Positions 23,544 through 35,869 of a DNA stretch of 64,000 bases are shown here, piece by piece; position 1 is the stretch's first letter, and each line of letters starts with the position of its first letter. Source of the DNA: Paraphysomonas bandaiensis (taxonomy: Eukaryota > Protista > Chrysophyceae). A program made the translations under genes and the position numbers. Below the pieces are notes generated by a model that did not search any database, was not told the origin of the DNA, and worked only from the letters and a program-made list of their open reading frames with translations. The DNA lies in NCBI GenBank assembly GCA_965644295.1, contig CBFFRP010000127.1, forward strand, positions 186,001-250,000, written 5' to 3'.

Positions 23544-24668
23544 CTAATTCGATGACGAGCAATACTCATGAATTTGCAGTTGTTTGAAACTGGAGTCAGA
23601 AAACGCATGAACTTTTGCACCTTTGTTAATGGTCGTAATGCTTCGTGTGTGCGGAGTCACCATTGCTGTATCAAGACTAGGTACTTCACTTTGGGCTGCG
23701 GGATACAGTTCGCTGTTACACAGTTCGCGTATAGTCATCTTCGCTGTGCGGAGATCGGATCGCAAAATGTAAAACTGCCGTCTTGAATGGGAAAGGATGA
23801 GCATAATCATCATCCAATTGAATATTAGCGCCCCAACAATTACAGGTGTCATTGCAGAGCCCAGATGTAACTCTGTTCCAGTTAAACTATGGTCACTCTC
23901 ATCTGTGTCATAACAATAGGTGGCCGCACTCATTCCTGTGTAATGCATACCAAATATCGCAATTGCCATCACTACGGCGCTCACCATGCGAATTTTTTCA
24001 TTTTGTGGGTACAAAGCTAACATACGGAACATTATCCAAAAGGCTGCAGTTGCCGCCACACAGGCAATCAAAACAGAGGCAGCGATTATTCCATAGTTCC
24101 ATTGAATAGTCATGGGGCCAAACATTGCTACCATGCCGACATAGTGCATAATGCAAACACCCCCACCAGCAATTAGACCTCCGATCATGATATAGGATGT
24201 CCCATGGAACATGACCACACGGAGCACGGCCCATTTGCTACGTATTTTACCAACTGTCAAATGGGAGCAAGACTTGATTAATTCCTCAAACAACTCATGA
24301 CGCTCTTTGGTGTACAGCTTGTCCAGAGTGGCTACATATGCCCCAACATATACAAAAGATACACTGCATACAAGTGATATAATAGTCAGTATCAAATCAT
24401 AATGCGGATGAATTATCCTATCAGAGGGTGCTATCAAGTTCATAGCTCCCATTCCTATGAAATGCATGCACCACACCGCATCCCCCCCAATAGAAAACGC
24501 TATCAGCAATAGATGATAAAACTGTAGCCACGCATGACTTTGTGTAAATGCTGATACTCTGAAGTGTTCCACCAGAGAGACAGCGACATAAGAGCCCAAA
24601 AACGCTACCCCAAACGACACTAGTATATAGTCAGTGCTCCATTCTACTCTGATTTCATCGCAAGCCAT
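23544..24668 (-). CDS. MHYT-domain multi-pass membrane sensor, stand-alone
   Basis: Three MHYT repeats (WCMHFIGMGA, CIMHYVGMVA, FGMHYTGMSA) with alternating TM helices. First in-frame ATG at 24668; an upstream exon is possible. Confidence 0.88.
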   Translation of the reverse strand: MACDEIRVEWSTDYILVSFGVAFLGSYVAVSLVEHFRVSAFTQSHAWLQFYHLLLIAFSIGGDAVWCMHFIGMGAMNLIAPSDRIIHPHYDLILTIISLVCSVSFVYVGAYVATLDKLYTKERHELFEELIKSCSHLTVGKIRSKWAVLRVVMFHGTSYIMIGGLIAGGGVCIMHYVGMVAMFGPMTIQWNYGIIAASVLIACVAATAAFWIMFRMLALYPQNEKIRMVSAVVMAIAIFGMHYTGMSAATYCYDTDESDHSLTGTELHLGSAMTPVIVGALIFNWMMIMLILSHSRRQFYILRSDLRTAKMTIRELCNSELYPAAQSEVPSLDTAMVTPHTRSITTINKGAKVHAFSDSSFKQLQIHEYCSSSN

Positions 24669-25901
24669 TCCCTCCCCGGCGCTCACATACACTGCTGTCT
24701 ATGATAAGGATGGGATGATGCCTTTAAGAGTGATCTGATATGCTTCTATTGATCAGAATATGATGGTATGAACTTAACCGTTTAGCCCGTACAGGTATAC
24801 CGTGTATACATACCCATCATACCACAAGTGTATGAGGGAAGTCCACGATGACGATACCTCCGCCACATATCCTAAATATCGACCCACATACGTACATACT
24901 CCATACTACTGGAATTTCTATAAGATTTTCTAGCCCATCTGGCTATTGTATTCTACTGTACTTCCGTATTACGACACTATCTCCAGCAGTTTCACGTGTG
25001 GACATCATCTGTATATACAGCAGTATACAGCAGTATACTGGTCTATATACGACTACAGCGTTGGATCGTACGTCAGAACGGTATCATTACATCTAGAGAG
25101 TGCCTTTAATGTTGGTCTATGGTATAGGATGGCAGTATGGGAATAAACTGCATGCATATCATGATTGACTGATATAGGAATTCGCCTCAGGAAGAATAAC
25201 GATACTAAGGAATCAAGGTTCATATGTCCGATGCTTCTACCAATTACACTTTATAGTATATTTGGGTGAAACTGTACATACAGGCCTAATAACTCTACTT
25301 ACATCATATATAAGTAGCACTTTTATTGTTTGTGTGGTTGGAACTGTTAGTCACCATAAATTGGCCTCGTTGAAGTAATACTTGTTTAAATCAAATCATG
25401 AATTTAGTTATCAAATTAATAAATATATGTCCCATGTAGCATACCTGAGGCTGACCACTCAGCAAGAGAAGGGTATAAAATTCTTATCAACTAAAGACCA
25501 CCTTCCTGGTACATTTGTTAAATCTTGTTTATCTATTACTGTTCTTTTGAAAGGCAGGAAAATTTCACTTCACAATAAAACGATCTTTAAAGAATCAAGG
25601 TGAATCTCTAGAACACTGCGACATTGATCGACAAGGTTTTAAACTAAACATTTGCGTGACAATATAATTAAGCCATCTCTACGAGGTTGATATATGATGA
25701 GCTTTGATTATTGACAAGAAATGAAAAGATGTAGTTTGAACTCTAAAATACTTTAAGAAATAACAGTACTTCATAAACGTCTAAAATTATAAGAAACTGC
25801 CCCATTCCGAGAGCGTGGCACACCACATATAACACCAAGATTACGCTCAGACTCTGTTGCCGTCCCACCCGTGATTTATCACAGCTACGCATGACTTATA
25901 T

Positions 25902-26700
25902 CAGGGATAGGGAACAATATATTGTATTGCAATACATTGTACAATATATTGCAATATATTGTAAAATATATTGATTGGTGGACTGGTCAAATATTCCATC
26001 AATAGTGTTTCTGCTAAAAGAGCTCACAATACTATTGCAATATATTGCAATCAATATTATGATAGTCATATAAGAGAAGATTCTCAACTGTAGGGTGCAA
26101 AATGGATATAAATAACCGAGAAATTGATTACAACATTACAAAGGATAATGAAGCTGATGTTGACTATGCGACTAAAAATCTTCAGTCAGCTCAAAAAATT
26201 AAGAAACGTACAGATCCACGAGTCATTAACGGTTGCCTGGCCTTGGTATGTACTTCCAATACATGGGAACGTCTGTTCAGCACAGCTAAACATATTATAT
26301 CAGTGTTGCGCAAAAGTATCCATCCTACTTAATATGCTGTTGTTTTAGAAAGCTATTCGACAGTTATGACCGGATACTTGCATATTTCAGTTAATTCTGT
26401 GGATGAATATGGTGATGTTGACCTCACCGATGATGGCTCAGAGGATGAGGACGAGGTGGATTTTTAGTAGCTATAAGCAGCAGTTGGTTTGGTTGTCATG
26501 TGATCTTACTGACTAATACTAAAAATGAAATCTACGGATGTGTTTACCCACTGATTAGTCAAACTAATATATCGCAATACATTGACAATATATTGCAATA
26601 TATTGTAATTGTATTGTAGGACCGGTTTAAAAAATCCATCAATACTATTGATGGAACGCTATCTAACAATAGTATTGCAATATATTGTTCCCTATCCCTG
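25902..26700 (+). mobile_element. Internally deleted hAT transposon
   Basis: Perfect 23-bp TIRs cagggatagggaacaatatattg; perfect 8-bp TSD acttatat (25894-25901 and 26701-26708); subterminal attgcaatatattg repeats; hAT dimerisation remnant TSNTWERLFSTAKHII. Confidence 0.95.
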
Positions 26701-27070
26701 ACTTATATATGCTATTCGGACTAATGGACTATGCAATTATAGTGTAGATCTAGTTGGGACTTGCATTTTACGCCTATATTTTATTAACAATCTATATTTT
26801 ATTCTTCTGCTCCCTCCTACTTCATCTCAGAGAGCTAACTTTAAATATTTATATGTGATATCCACTGTGATAGTAAGCACATGTCCCACTCATACATGAC
26901 AAACCAGTATAAACATCACTAATGACATAGCTACATAGTTTATGATAATATCTATTCCGCAATTCAGTAAAGGAAACTACACTCTATTGCATAAATGCGT
27001 TGACATTCGTAGACTGTTGTTATACTAAATTAGTAATAAATGGAGCACTACACACCATCTACTTAGAACT

Positions 27071-27117
27071 TATAATTGCCGGGAACTGGACTACCATTAA
27101 TGGTTACCAGGCCCTGG
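27071..27117. repeat. Fragment of hAT MITE family C
   Basis: ataattgccgggaactggactaccattaa...ggttaccaggccctg is the reverse complement of parts of 47659-47718. Confidence 0.65.
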
Positions 27118-27305
27118 CACTACATCCTAGCTATCTATGCTCTGTTCCCTAATGCATAGTAGTTTACTTTGATGAAGGCTTGTGAGAGAGATAATAGCTT
27201 GATGTAGCACATGTGAACCACGTCATTAATTACACTACTTATAATATAACACATAACGAAACATTAATTCGTAAAGCAGTGACAGTTAATTGGAAGGTTA
27301 TATGC

Positions 27306-28667
27306 TTAGTACTCCTCACCGAAGTCCTCCTCCTCACCTTCGCCCTCAGCAGTCTCAGCGCCGACCTCTTCGTAATCCTTCTCAAGGGCGGCAAGATCCT
27401 CACGAGCCTCAGAGAACTCGCCTTCCTCCATACCCTCACCGACATACCAGTGAACAAAGGCACGCTTGGCGTACATAAGATCGAACTTGTGGTCAATGCG
27501 GGAGAGAGCCTCGGCAATAGCGGTGGTATTGGAAACCATGCACACGGCGCGCTGGACACGGGCAAGATCTCCACCAGGGACAACAGTTGGGGGCTGGTAG
27601 TTAATGCCGCACTTGAAGCCGGTGGGGCACCAGTCCACAAACTGAACAGTTCTCTTTGTCTTGATGGTGGCCACAGATGCGTTCACATCCTTGGGGACAA
27701 CATCACCTCTGTACATGAGACAACAGGCCATGTATTTGCCGTGACGAGGATCGCACTTAGTCATCATATTGCTGGGCTCAAACACAGAGTTTGTAATCTC
27801 AGCAACAGATAGCTGCTCGTGGTATGCCTTCTCAGCAGAGATGATAGGAGCATATGAGGTAAGCATAAAGTGGATACGAGGGTAGGGCACCAAGTTGGTC
27901 TGGAACTCAGAGATATCCACGTTAAGAGCACCATCGAAACGAAGAGATGCAGTCAAAGAAGAAACAACCTGAGCAATAAGACGGTTCAAGTTGGTGTAGG
28001 TTGGGCGCTCAATATCGAGGTTGCGGCGGCACACATCGTAAAGAGCCTCGTTATCGAGACAGAAAGTGCAGTCAGTGTGCTCAAGGAGAGAGTGAGTGGA
28101 AAGCACGTGGTTGTAAGGCTCAACAACAGCGGTGGCCACCTGAGGAGCGGGGGTCACAGTGAAGGAGAGCTTAGACTTGCGGCCGTAATCAACGGAAAGT
28201 CTCTCAAGGAGAAGAGATCCAAGACCAGATCCAGTACCACCACCAGTGGCGTGGAAGATCATGAATCCCTGAAGACCAGTACAGTTGTCAGCAAGCTTAC
28301 GCACTCTGTCCAACACAAGATCAACAATTTCCTTGCCAATGGTGTAGTGTCCTCTGGCGTAGTTGTTGGCAGCATCCTCCTTGCCGCTGATCACCTGCTC
28401 AGGGTGGTACAGCTGTCTGTAGGTGCCAGTGCGGACTTCGTCACATACACCAGGCTCCAAGTCAACCATCACAGCTCTGGGAACGTGCTTGCCAGCACCA
28501 GTCTCAGAGAAGAAGGTGTTGAAAGAGTCGTCACCGCCGCCAACGGTCTTGTCGCTGGGCATCTGGCCGTCAGGCTGGATTCCGTGCTCGAGGCAGTAAA
28601 GCTCCCAGCATCCGTTTCCGGCCTGAACACCGGCTTGTCCAATGTGAATAGAGAGGCACTCGCGCAT
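27306..28667 (-). CDS. TUBA: Alpha-tubulin, copy 1 (453 aa, intronless CDS)
   Basis: MREC start at 28667 (the ORF track starts 12 codons early), K40 in [16 protein letters not shown]-terminal EEY. Confidence 0.99.
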   Translation of the reverse strand: MRECLSIHIGQAGVQAGNGCWELYCLEHGIQPDGQMPSDKTVGGGDDSFNTFFSETGAGKHVPRAVMVDLEPGVCDEVRTGTYRQLYHPEQVISGKEDAANNYARGHYTIGKEIVDLVLDRVRKLADNCTGLQGFMIFHATGGGTGSGLGSLLLERLSVDYGRKSKLSFTVTPAPQVATAVVEPYNHVLSTHSLLEHTDCTFCLDNEALYDVCRRNLDIERPTYTNLNRLIAQVVSSLTASLRFDGALNVDISEFQTNLVPYPRIHFMLTSYAPIISAEKAYHEQLSVAEITNSVFEPSNMMTKCDPRHGKYMACCLMYRGDVVPKDVNASVATIKTKRTVQFVDWCPTGFKCGINYQPPTVVPGGDLARVQRAVCMVSNTTAIAEALSRIDHKFDLMYAKRAFVHWYVGEGMEEGEFSEAREDLAALEKDYEEVGAETAEGEGEEEDFGEEY

Positions 28668-29113
28668 GTTGTTGTTGTTGTTTGTGGGTAAGTTAACTCG
28701 CAAATGTTTGACTTTGTCGAAGTAACGAAATTATGAATCACTGCACACTTCAAATCCTCTCATGCTCATGCCATTTGAAACCGACATATCTTGAAGGGTC
28801 ATGATATCTTGAAGAGACACAGTATCTTGAATGGGTAATGTGTTTTAGTTTTTTTTTCATCTTTTTCTGGTTGCTTTTTCCTTCTATTTCCTTGAAGTTC
28901 GGTTGGTGTATGTATGTGGCTGTGGATATACAGTATGTCGTCATTCGTTAGGGAAGTATGACTGTAGTGTGTAGTGGTGGATGTGTGTATACGTATACAG
29001 ATATCGACGGTCGGTGCAGTTCAAAAGATTCGATTATATCAACTGGAAACACATACATTCATTAGAACCCCGTATATATATCTGCGATGTATATGCATCT
29101 ACGCTGATGTATA

Positions 29114-30109
29114 ATGTCACTATCTCAAGCAAGGCGTAGATCATCAGAGCTTCGCAGATACAAATACAGTTCATCTAATGGGGGATTTACTCCAAGCAAC
29201 GGGAGACTGAGAACTGCATGTGAGGTGCTACTCCTCGTGCTGTGTAATGCATTACTCTGTTTTCTTATGTGGTCACAAATATATCGGGGCGATTTATTGG
29301 GCGGATTATTAGGATTCAAATCTTATCATCGTACTAATGCGATCGTATCAGCGTCGAACCTATCGCACGTATATGGGGCGATTAGAGATAAGGGGCTACA
29401 TCGCAGTTTCCCGACTAGTGTAATCCAGGAAAACATTACAAATATTAGTGCTACCCCTTCTGTAGATGAAATTTCTCCCCGTGTTCGAACAGAGAGTTCG
29501 CCTATCACTGAAACGTCTTCTTTTAATGATCCCATTGAGCTTGAAGAGAGCTCACCGACACAGGGAATTGATCCTACTTCTGATTTAGAACTTATATCAC
29601 TAAACGCAACAGTAATTGCTTCAGTGCGGGGAAATCTTGCCCCTCCTTCTGTTCTTGTTGACCCCTCCGTAGAAGATTGGATTGCGGACCGCTGGCAGGC
29701 TGCTCGAAACATGCGAGGTCGGCCTATCCCAGGACCTCATTGGATAGTTCTTACACTAAAGGAGCCAGCAAATGATATTTCTATAGCTGTGCTGGATTTC
29801 GAAAATGCATTTTCGAATACGTATGAGCTCGCATCATACTGCGAACGTAGTAATTCTTGGAGGACTTTTTACAAAAGCACTCACCAAAACAATGGGAATA
29901 AGGTTAAGGTAGAGCGAAGCTATCGACATATTATTCATCGCATCGACGTAGATGATGTGCATGGTGGAAAAGTGGATCGTCAATGTCCTATATCTAAAGT
30001 TCGATTACATATCAAGCGTCCGGCTACATTATGGGGAGTTAGTTTGTGGCAAATACAGCTTTGGGGTCATTCGATGAGCTCGCTAGCTGCTTTAGATGAG
30101 TCGGTGTAG
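29114..30109 (+). CDS. Type II membrane protein with a C-terminal F5/8-discoidin / galactose-binding-like domain
   Basis: TM at about aa 35-56, Ser/Thr stalk, then DRWQAA...PHWIVLTL...LDFENAFSNTY...KVRLHIKRPATLWGVSLWQIQLWG. Confidence 0.65.
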   Translation: MSLSQARRRSSELRRYKYSSSNGGFTPSNGRLRTACEVLLLVLCNALLCFLMWSQIYRGDLLGGLLGFKSYHRTNAIVSASNLSHVYGAIRDKGLHRSFPTSVIQENITNISATPSVDEISPRVRTESSPITETSSFNDPIELEESSPTQGIDPTSDLELISLNATVIASVRGNLAPPSVLVDPSVEDWIADRWQAARNMRGRPIPGPHWIVLTLKEPANDISIAVLDFENAFSNTYELASYCERSNSWRTFYKSTHQNNGNKVKVERSYRHIIHRIDVDDVHGGKVDRQCPISKVRLHIKRPATLWGVSLWQIQLWGHSMSSLAALDESV

Positions 30110-30974
30110 TAAATTTTATCACTACAGTAGACATGTGTTTTTATGTGTGTATTTCGCCAGTAGAATTTTTATAAATCGATTTCTGAACAATTTTCTGATT
30201 GGAACGATTTTGATTTAAATCCCTCAAAATTACAATATAACTATGTTTTTTTATTTGTCGTCTTGAAAATAAGGCTAAGGTTATAGTCAATTACATTTAT
30301 TGAAAACATTGTTCCTGTCACAAAGCTATAGATATTACCGCTCTACTCCTGTAATGCCGCGCTACACACGGTATAATTGTATTATCAGTATTAAAGCAAA
30401 GAAGCGTGCTGTCATTAAAAATAATAAAATTGAGCTTTATTTCTATCTGTGCATGATGAATGATATATATAATATACACACCACGGTATCGCTGTCGACA
30501 TTTAGTCAAGATGTGTGTTTCGTATTTCGCACCTCAACTTACTAGTTACCTGGCATTTTACCACTTAAAGGCATTGTGATTTACATTGTGACCTTTAATA
30601 GCGCACTGACTTTCGTTTATCTATATGCTCAGAAGTAATATATTTTTCAATTGTAGACTATAAAAGTATAAAAGTAAGGATTTTTCCTAAATCCTGTTTC
30701 GGATCGAGAATTGACGAAACCTTTGCTGTTCGATGAAAATATATACCCATGCCGTGCTTTTCATCCATGAAACTCATACTCTAAAGTAATACCAGAGAAT
30801 CTTGCTTGGTGCTGGCAAACTTTTGATAATAAGTTAAGTATATAATCTCATTGCAGTGAAGAATTACCGTGTGGCCTTATTGTTATTTATACATAATAGA
30901 CTTATTCAAGTATTTATATAAAATTTGTATCGCCAACAGTTAGGTCAATGATGCGGTATAGTTACAAACACTAT

Positions 30975-31104
30975 GTGAAAGTCTTGTTATTAGCAATAGG
31001 CGTCAAGAATCATCACCATATAAGTAGCTAGTAGATGTAAACTAATAGTCAAGCTGGATGAACTTCTACCTGTAACTAACTAGTGCAAATTCTCATATCC
31101 TATT
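30975..31104 (-). repeat. Extreme 3' end of the non-LTR family, copy E
   Basis: Reverse complement matches 11634-11763 (taggatatgagaattt...ccagcttgacta...gacgcctattgctaataacaagactttcac). Confidence 0.85.
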
Positions 31105-31699
31105 ATAAAATTTTAATTATAATGTTGTGACACTACGAAAAAGCTGAAACAAGCACTATATCCACCTTGATAGTGTGCCTCCTTATTGTCCCTTTTCTTC
31201 TCTCCACTACTGGACTCTACTTCATTCTCAAACGTAGCCACTCTTCATCATATATATAGTACTATCTATATACGTGAAAAAGTAACATCATAAATATGCA
31301 TTATTAAATTTTGGTATATGGCGACATTTTATCTTTTTAACCTCTCAGAGATACAAATTACAGTAAAGTAATCATTCAGTACTTTTAGATACAAAACAAG
31401 GTTTTGGTATATTACCCCGACGACTTCAAAGCAATCCATCATATAACCAGCACAGTTCATCCATTGTTGGTGCAGAAAGATTGCCAGCTACTCTTGTCTC
31501 ATACATATATACTTATATGAATAATGCCCTACAGTGTTAAGCAAGCATACATATATAATATATTTATATAATATACTGTTTATAATAATATATATATACA
31601 TATATAGAACATTGCATACATAAAATTACAATACACATAAAACCTTACAAAAAGAGGTCTTACGATGGTGCTTATTCCACCAAAATACGAGTGAATGTC

Positions 31700-33272
31700 T
31701 GATAGGCGTGTAAGAGTCAGAGCTAATGTAGCAAAAAATTTAACTAACTTGTGCTTTTTACTCTGATATCCTAACTCGTGATGTTGCTGCAAAGGACGTT
31801 GTTGGTAGCAAAATATCTACTGATATGCCTCATATATCACCTGCACCTCAAAATGTCTCTAATATGTCCCATGTAGAATCCACCACATACCTCGTAACAT
31901 GCCTGCAATATCTTATGCACCTCATATGTTGGCATGGTGTCTGTCTCTCACGGGACAACGTCGTCCTCTGAAAGCAATGCATATACGTCGTCTGCTACTG
32001 CGTTACACAGTTAAACAACAACAGCAGGCATGATGATAGCAGTTATAAGGAATATTTCCGTATATATGCAGGTGGCCCAAGACCACGCAACTCGACTTTT
32101 GAACGTGTGCATATCAAGATATCTTGAAACTACAATTACTTCAAAACGTTTTTATGAAGCCGCATTACACTATTATATATATATATATAGTAGGTTAATA
32201 AGATCTTTTCGTGATTATGATTATAATAATATAATAAGCAATAATTGTGTACAACATGAGTATCAGTCAGTCAGTAGTACTCTCGAAATGTTTTTTCTCT
32301 TTTCTCAGAGCATGTTACTGACACAAGCAAACTTTTAACAACATGTCAAAGTAGTTACTTCCGGTGCATATATGGCTCCAGAAGAATTCATATGACATCT
32401 GAACGATTATGAAAACCTGGTCAAATTCACTTCCCAGGTTTCATGGCCAGGTCGACTTTTATCTATGAATACAAGGCCGGATATACCATCATGTGCATTC
32501 GACTGAAGAGCAGGAGTTTGTTTGCAATTTTTCCTATCGTCCACTAATAGGAGCGTTACTATACTTATCCATCCATGAATATACAAGGCCGGATATAGGT
32601 CAACTTCAGGTTATGTTATGTTTGGAGCTGGTGGGCCACTATCGTGGGGTTCCAAACTTCAGTCTACTGTATCTACATGGACTATATATATGCAAGCAGT
32701 GTATCAATGCATATATTAACGGATTACAGGAAATGATATGGTCTCGGGGGGGGTGACTGGGGAGAAGTAGGGTTGAAAATTGACGAGCCCACACCATTAT
32801 TCCTGGATATAGTCAAAAAGTGCTCAGGATATTATATCGGAAAATCCAGTGCATATACGATCGAAGCATATGATTAAGTAGCATATATGATTAGAGAGCA
32901 TGTGGATCCCGAATAGTTTAATACAGCAAAATTAATTCATGTGAGCAATCGAAAACAAATGGCTGATATATATACCAAAAGGCTTTGTGTGATCCAATAT
33001 TATTTATTGAACAGAGGGAGCGAAATCTTGTGGGAAATTTTAAGACTACTAAAAACAAATTATCGCAGAGAGGTTCCCAAGGTAAAAAGAGCTCGTCGTA
33101 GAGCTAGATTAGTTGGGTGTGAATGAATGGTGGAAGCTAGCTATATACCAGCGGAGTCATACGTCCACCAGTGTCCTATGAGATTCGGTGGTTGCGTAGT
33201 ATCCGATAGCAATGTTGTTTTTCACAAATTTAGAATGGTTAACTACATATATATTATCCAATTGAGTGGGAG
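31700..33272 (+). mobile_element. Decayed Ty1/Copia internal region (RT-RNase H relics)
   Basis: YRPLIGALLYL..TRPDI, TSGYVMFGAGGPLSWGSKLQSTVS, ENPV..RSKH and QMADIYTK in shifting frames; polypurine tract gagtgggag immediately before the LTR. Confidence 0.85.
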
Positions 33273-33970
33273 TGTTGAGTTCTGCAATATGATGTGATAT
33301 ATTATATTGTGCAATATAGGTGAAGTCAACTCGTAGGTGACGGGTGATTATATAGGTACAAAGGAATTAAATTCAGTTACTGATGTATGTGTGACTATAT
33401 ACAAGATATAGAACTGACTGATGAACATATTATAATATATATGATAAACAGATGTTGCTGAGAACAGATGTTTCATCAGATGTTACACGAATATGTAGTG
33501 AAGTTTTGACTATTGACCATTTGAGACAATGAAGATCGTGTAATAAGAGAAGTTAAAGTTGATCAAAACTAGATAGATTACGTTATCATAATTGTAGTAT
33601 ACACAATTGTGTTGTCAAGTAAAACTCATCAACAACATGATAATATAATTTCTTCATGTCATTTACTGATCAACTTCCGTATCTTGTACAGTTGTGGTAC
33701 AATACTTCAGTTTCACAGTTATCGCTATATAGTATGTTTGGCTACGTATTACTGTTTCTCACATTGTATTCACCGTATTCTATAGAACTATCTTAGAGAG
33801 ACATAGATATTCCAACGCTAACGTGCGTATTCCAACATGATGTGTTCAGAATAATAATCATAATTTCTTACTTGAAAGTGCATTGTGTTCAACATAGCAA
33901 GGTGAAGGTTTACGTGTAGAGTGTAGAGCAAAGAGCAAAGTTAACTTCAGTGAAATGTCCAATTCTAACA
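33273..33970 (+). mobile_element. Copia 3' LTR
   Basis: Starts tgttga right after the PPT and ends ctaaca (TG...CA); second copy at 17799-18135. Confidence 0.85.
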
Positions 33971-34288
33971 TGGGGATAATAAATGACTGTACTCAAATAA
34001 ATAATAAATAGCTTGATATTTACTACTTATTGATCTTTACTGTGTAATAAATATAACTTAAATAAACATAACATACTACTTATTAAATAAACATAACTAA
34101 TAAATTGGGAGATATTTTTATATTATGAGCTTCCTCAACATTTATAAGAAACAGTGAGCCTTGCACTTTATATTAGGATAATGAGGACAAACTATATTTA
34201 TCCAATTCTTGACTAACGACCAAAGATAAAATGAGTAACAAATACTAACAACTAGAAAAATATACTACGAAATTGAACGGGTCTGGCC

Positions 34289-35869
34289 TCAGCTGATATT
34301 ACTCGAGCTTTCCCGTGTGTTTACTACCATCTTATCTAACACTAAATTGTCCCACCACCAAGTAGAAGAGAACGGACCAGACTCAGCTGGGCATGGTGCT
34401 GAAGTTTTATGCTTCGAGTTCACTTTCTGCTTCTCGGATTTAATTTTCGGCTTCAACGCGGTATGTTTTACAGCTACTTCTCCGTCTTTCTTTCCATAGC
34501 CGTAGAGTGGAGGGCCTGCAGTGTTAACATGGAAGCATGTCTCGAAAGATCTTCCAACTACCCTACACATAACAGATTCAACGGTACTATTCTACACATG
34601 TGTTGAAACAAACAACGCTCACATCTGTCACATGTATACGATATCTTACCTCATGCCAAACTCATCTCTCGCCAACGCAGCCTCAACATCCGAATCGAAT
34701 ATGCCTGGTACTTCCATTCGTTGTCCCCTGCGTTATAAATCCAATTAATTTCAAATGGTCCATGACACAAATATTTCCGAGACTACAAGTATGGTCTATA
34801 TATCTATGTACATCTGGCACATAACCACCTGTATTCTATAACAGCTCTATAGCGTTTTGAGTGCCCCGACACACCAATTACACCTGGAAATTTATTTTTC
34901 GAGGCGGACCCATAAGATTTTGGAGGCTCTACGAACTCTCTGCCTCTGCAGGGTTCTGTCAAGGTTTCTCTCATAGCAAGTACATGTGTGCTTTCAACTT
35001 CTATTGGGCGTACTCCTGATGCAGGCCGGGACATTTTAGCCAGTGGACTTTGTCGCTCACCGAATCGTTTCGTTTCTTTCCTACGACGCTTTGACGTAGA
35101 TCGTGAGCGCACAGTGTCGGATTTATCCGGATCTCTCTGCAATGCATCACGCTTGATGTGTACCGATGCATCGATATCGCATCTACTGCGCACACGTTTT
35201 CGAGTGAATTGTCTAGGCAAAGATGTCATGTCGAATGGCTCTTCTCTTGCGTGTGAAAGCATTATAGCTACTGAGTTCTCAGGGAAGTTAGCTATGGCAG
35301 TGCGATCAACCGGACGTGATTGCTGGAATTCGGGGCTACCTGGAGGGGAAACTGGATGTGTATTGTCCACACTTGGTGATGAGTTTTTCTCATGATGGGA
35401 AGTAATGTTGCTACTACAGCTCACTGTGGTAGTTTCTGTAAAATGACTCGGCTCATCACCCCCCCAGCCGAGATGAAACTCCGTTTCCCACTCGCTGCTG
35501 CGCCCACTATCACTGTCATCGCCTGTAATGACACTCTCCAGGCTGATATCTTTCTGACATGAGGAATGTCTCGCTGAGAGTTGTTCCGTGTCCTGGATGC
35601 TGGGAACAGACTTTGGCCGATATGTTTCCGCACAATCACTGTTGCTGCTAACTGATACAACGATAGGGCTATCTGAGTCATCAGCAGTCAAGTCCACCAT
35701 CTCGGCACCCAGGGGAGTAATTGAAGTGCGAATATGCAGCGGCGAGCGTGCTACACCTGACACCGTATAACATGCGAATTATGCAGGTGTGGTAGCAAGA
35801 CTCACCATTAGGAGTGGAGGGGGTTTGTTTCAGCAAATGCGATATATCTTGTAGCACTCTGACATTCAT
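34289..35869 (-). CDS. AP2/ERF-like DNA-binding protein (spliced; 5' end uncertain)
   Basis: Splicing joins KFPGVIGVSGHSKRYRAVIEYR to GQRMEVPGIFDSDVEAALARDEFGMR, which fits the AP2 pattern; long Ser-rich N-terminus with an NLS-like KRRRK. Confidence 0.65.

Noticed and set aside
25915-26055. Spaced attgcaatatattg repeats as a CRISPR-like array
   Set aside because: Irregular spacing, mirrored at the other end of the element; these are hAT subterminal repeats in a eukaryotic genome.
27870-28691. 273-aa antisense ORF (and the 199-aa ORF at 27213) over alpha-tubulin
   Set aside because: Shadow of biased codon usage; synonymous changes in tubulin copy 2 break the 273-aa frame with stops.
28668-28703. 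N-terminal extension [12 protein letters not shown] on tubulin
   Set aside because: Starts at a non-ATG codon; it is the (AAC)n 5' UTR before the canonical MREC.
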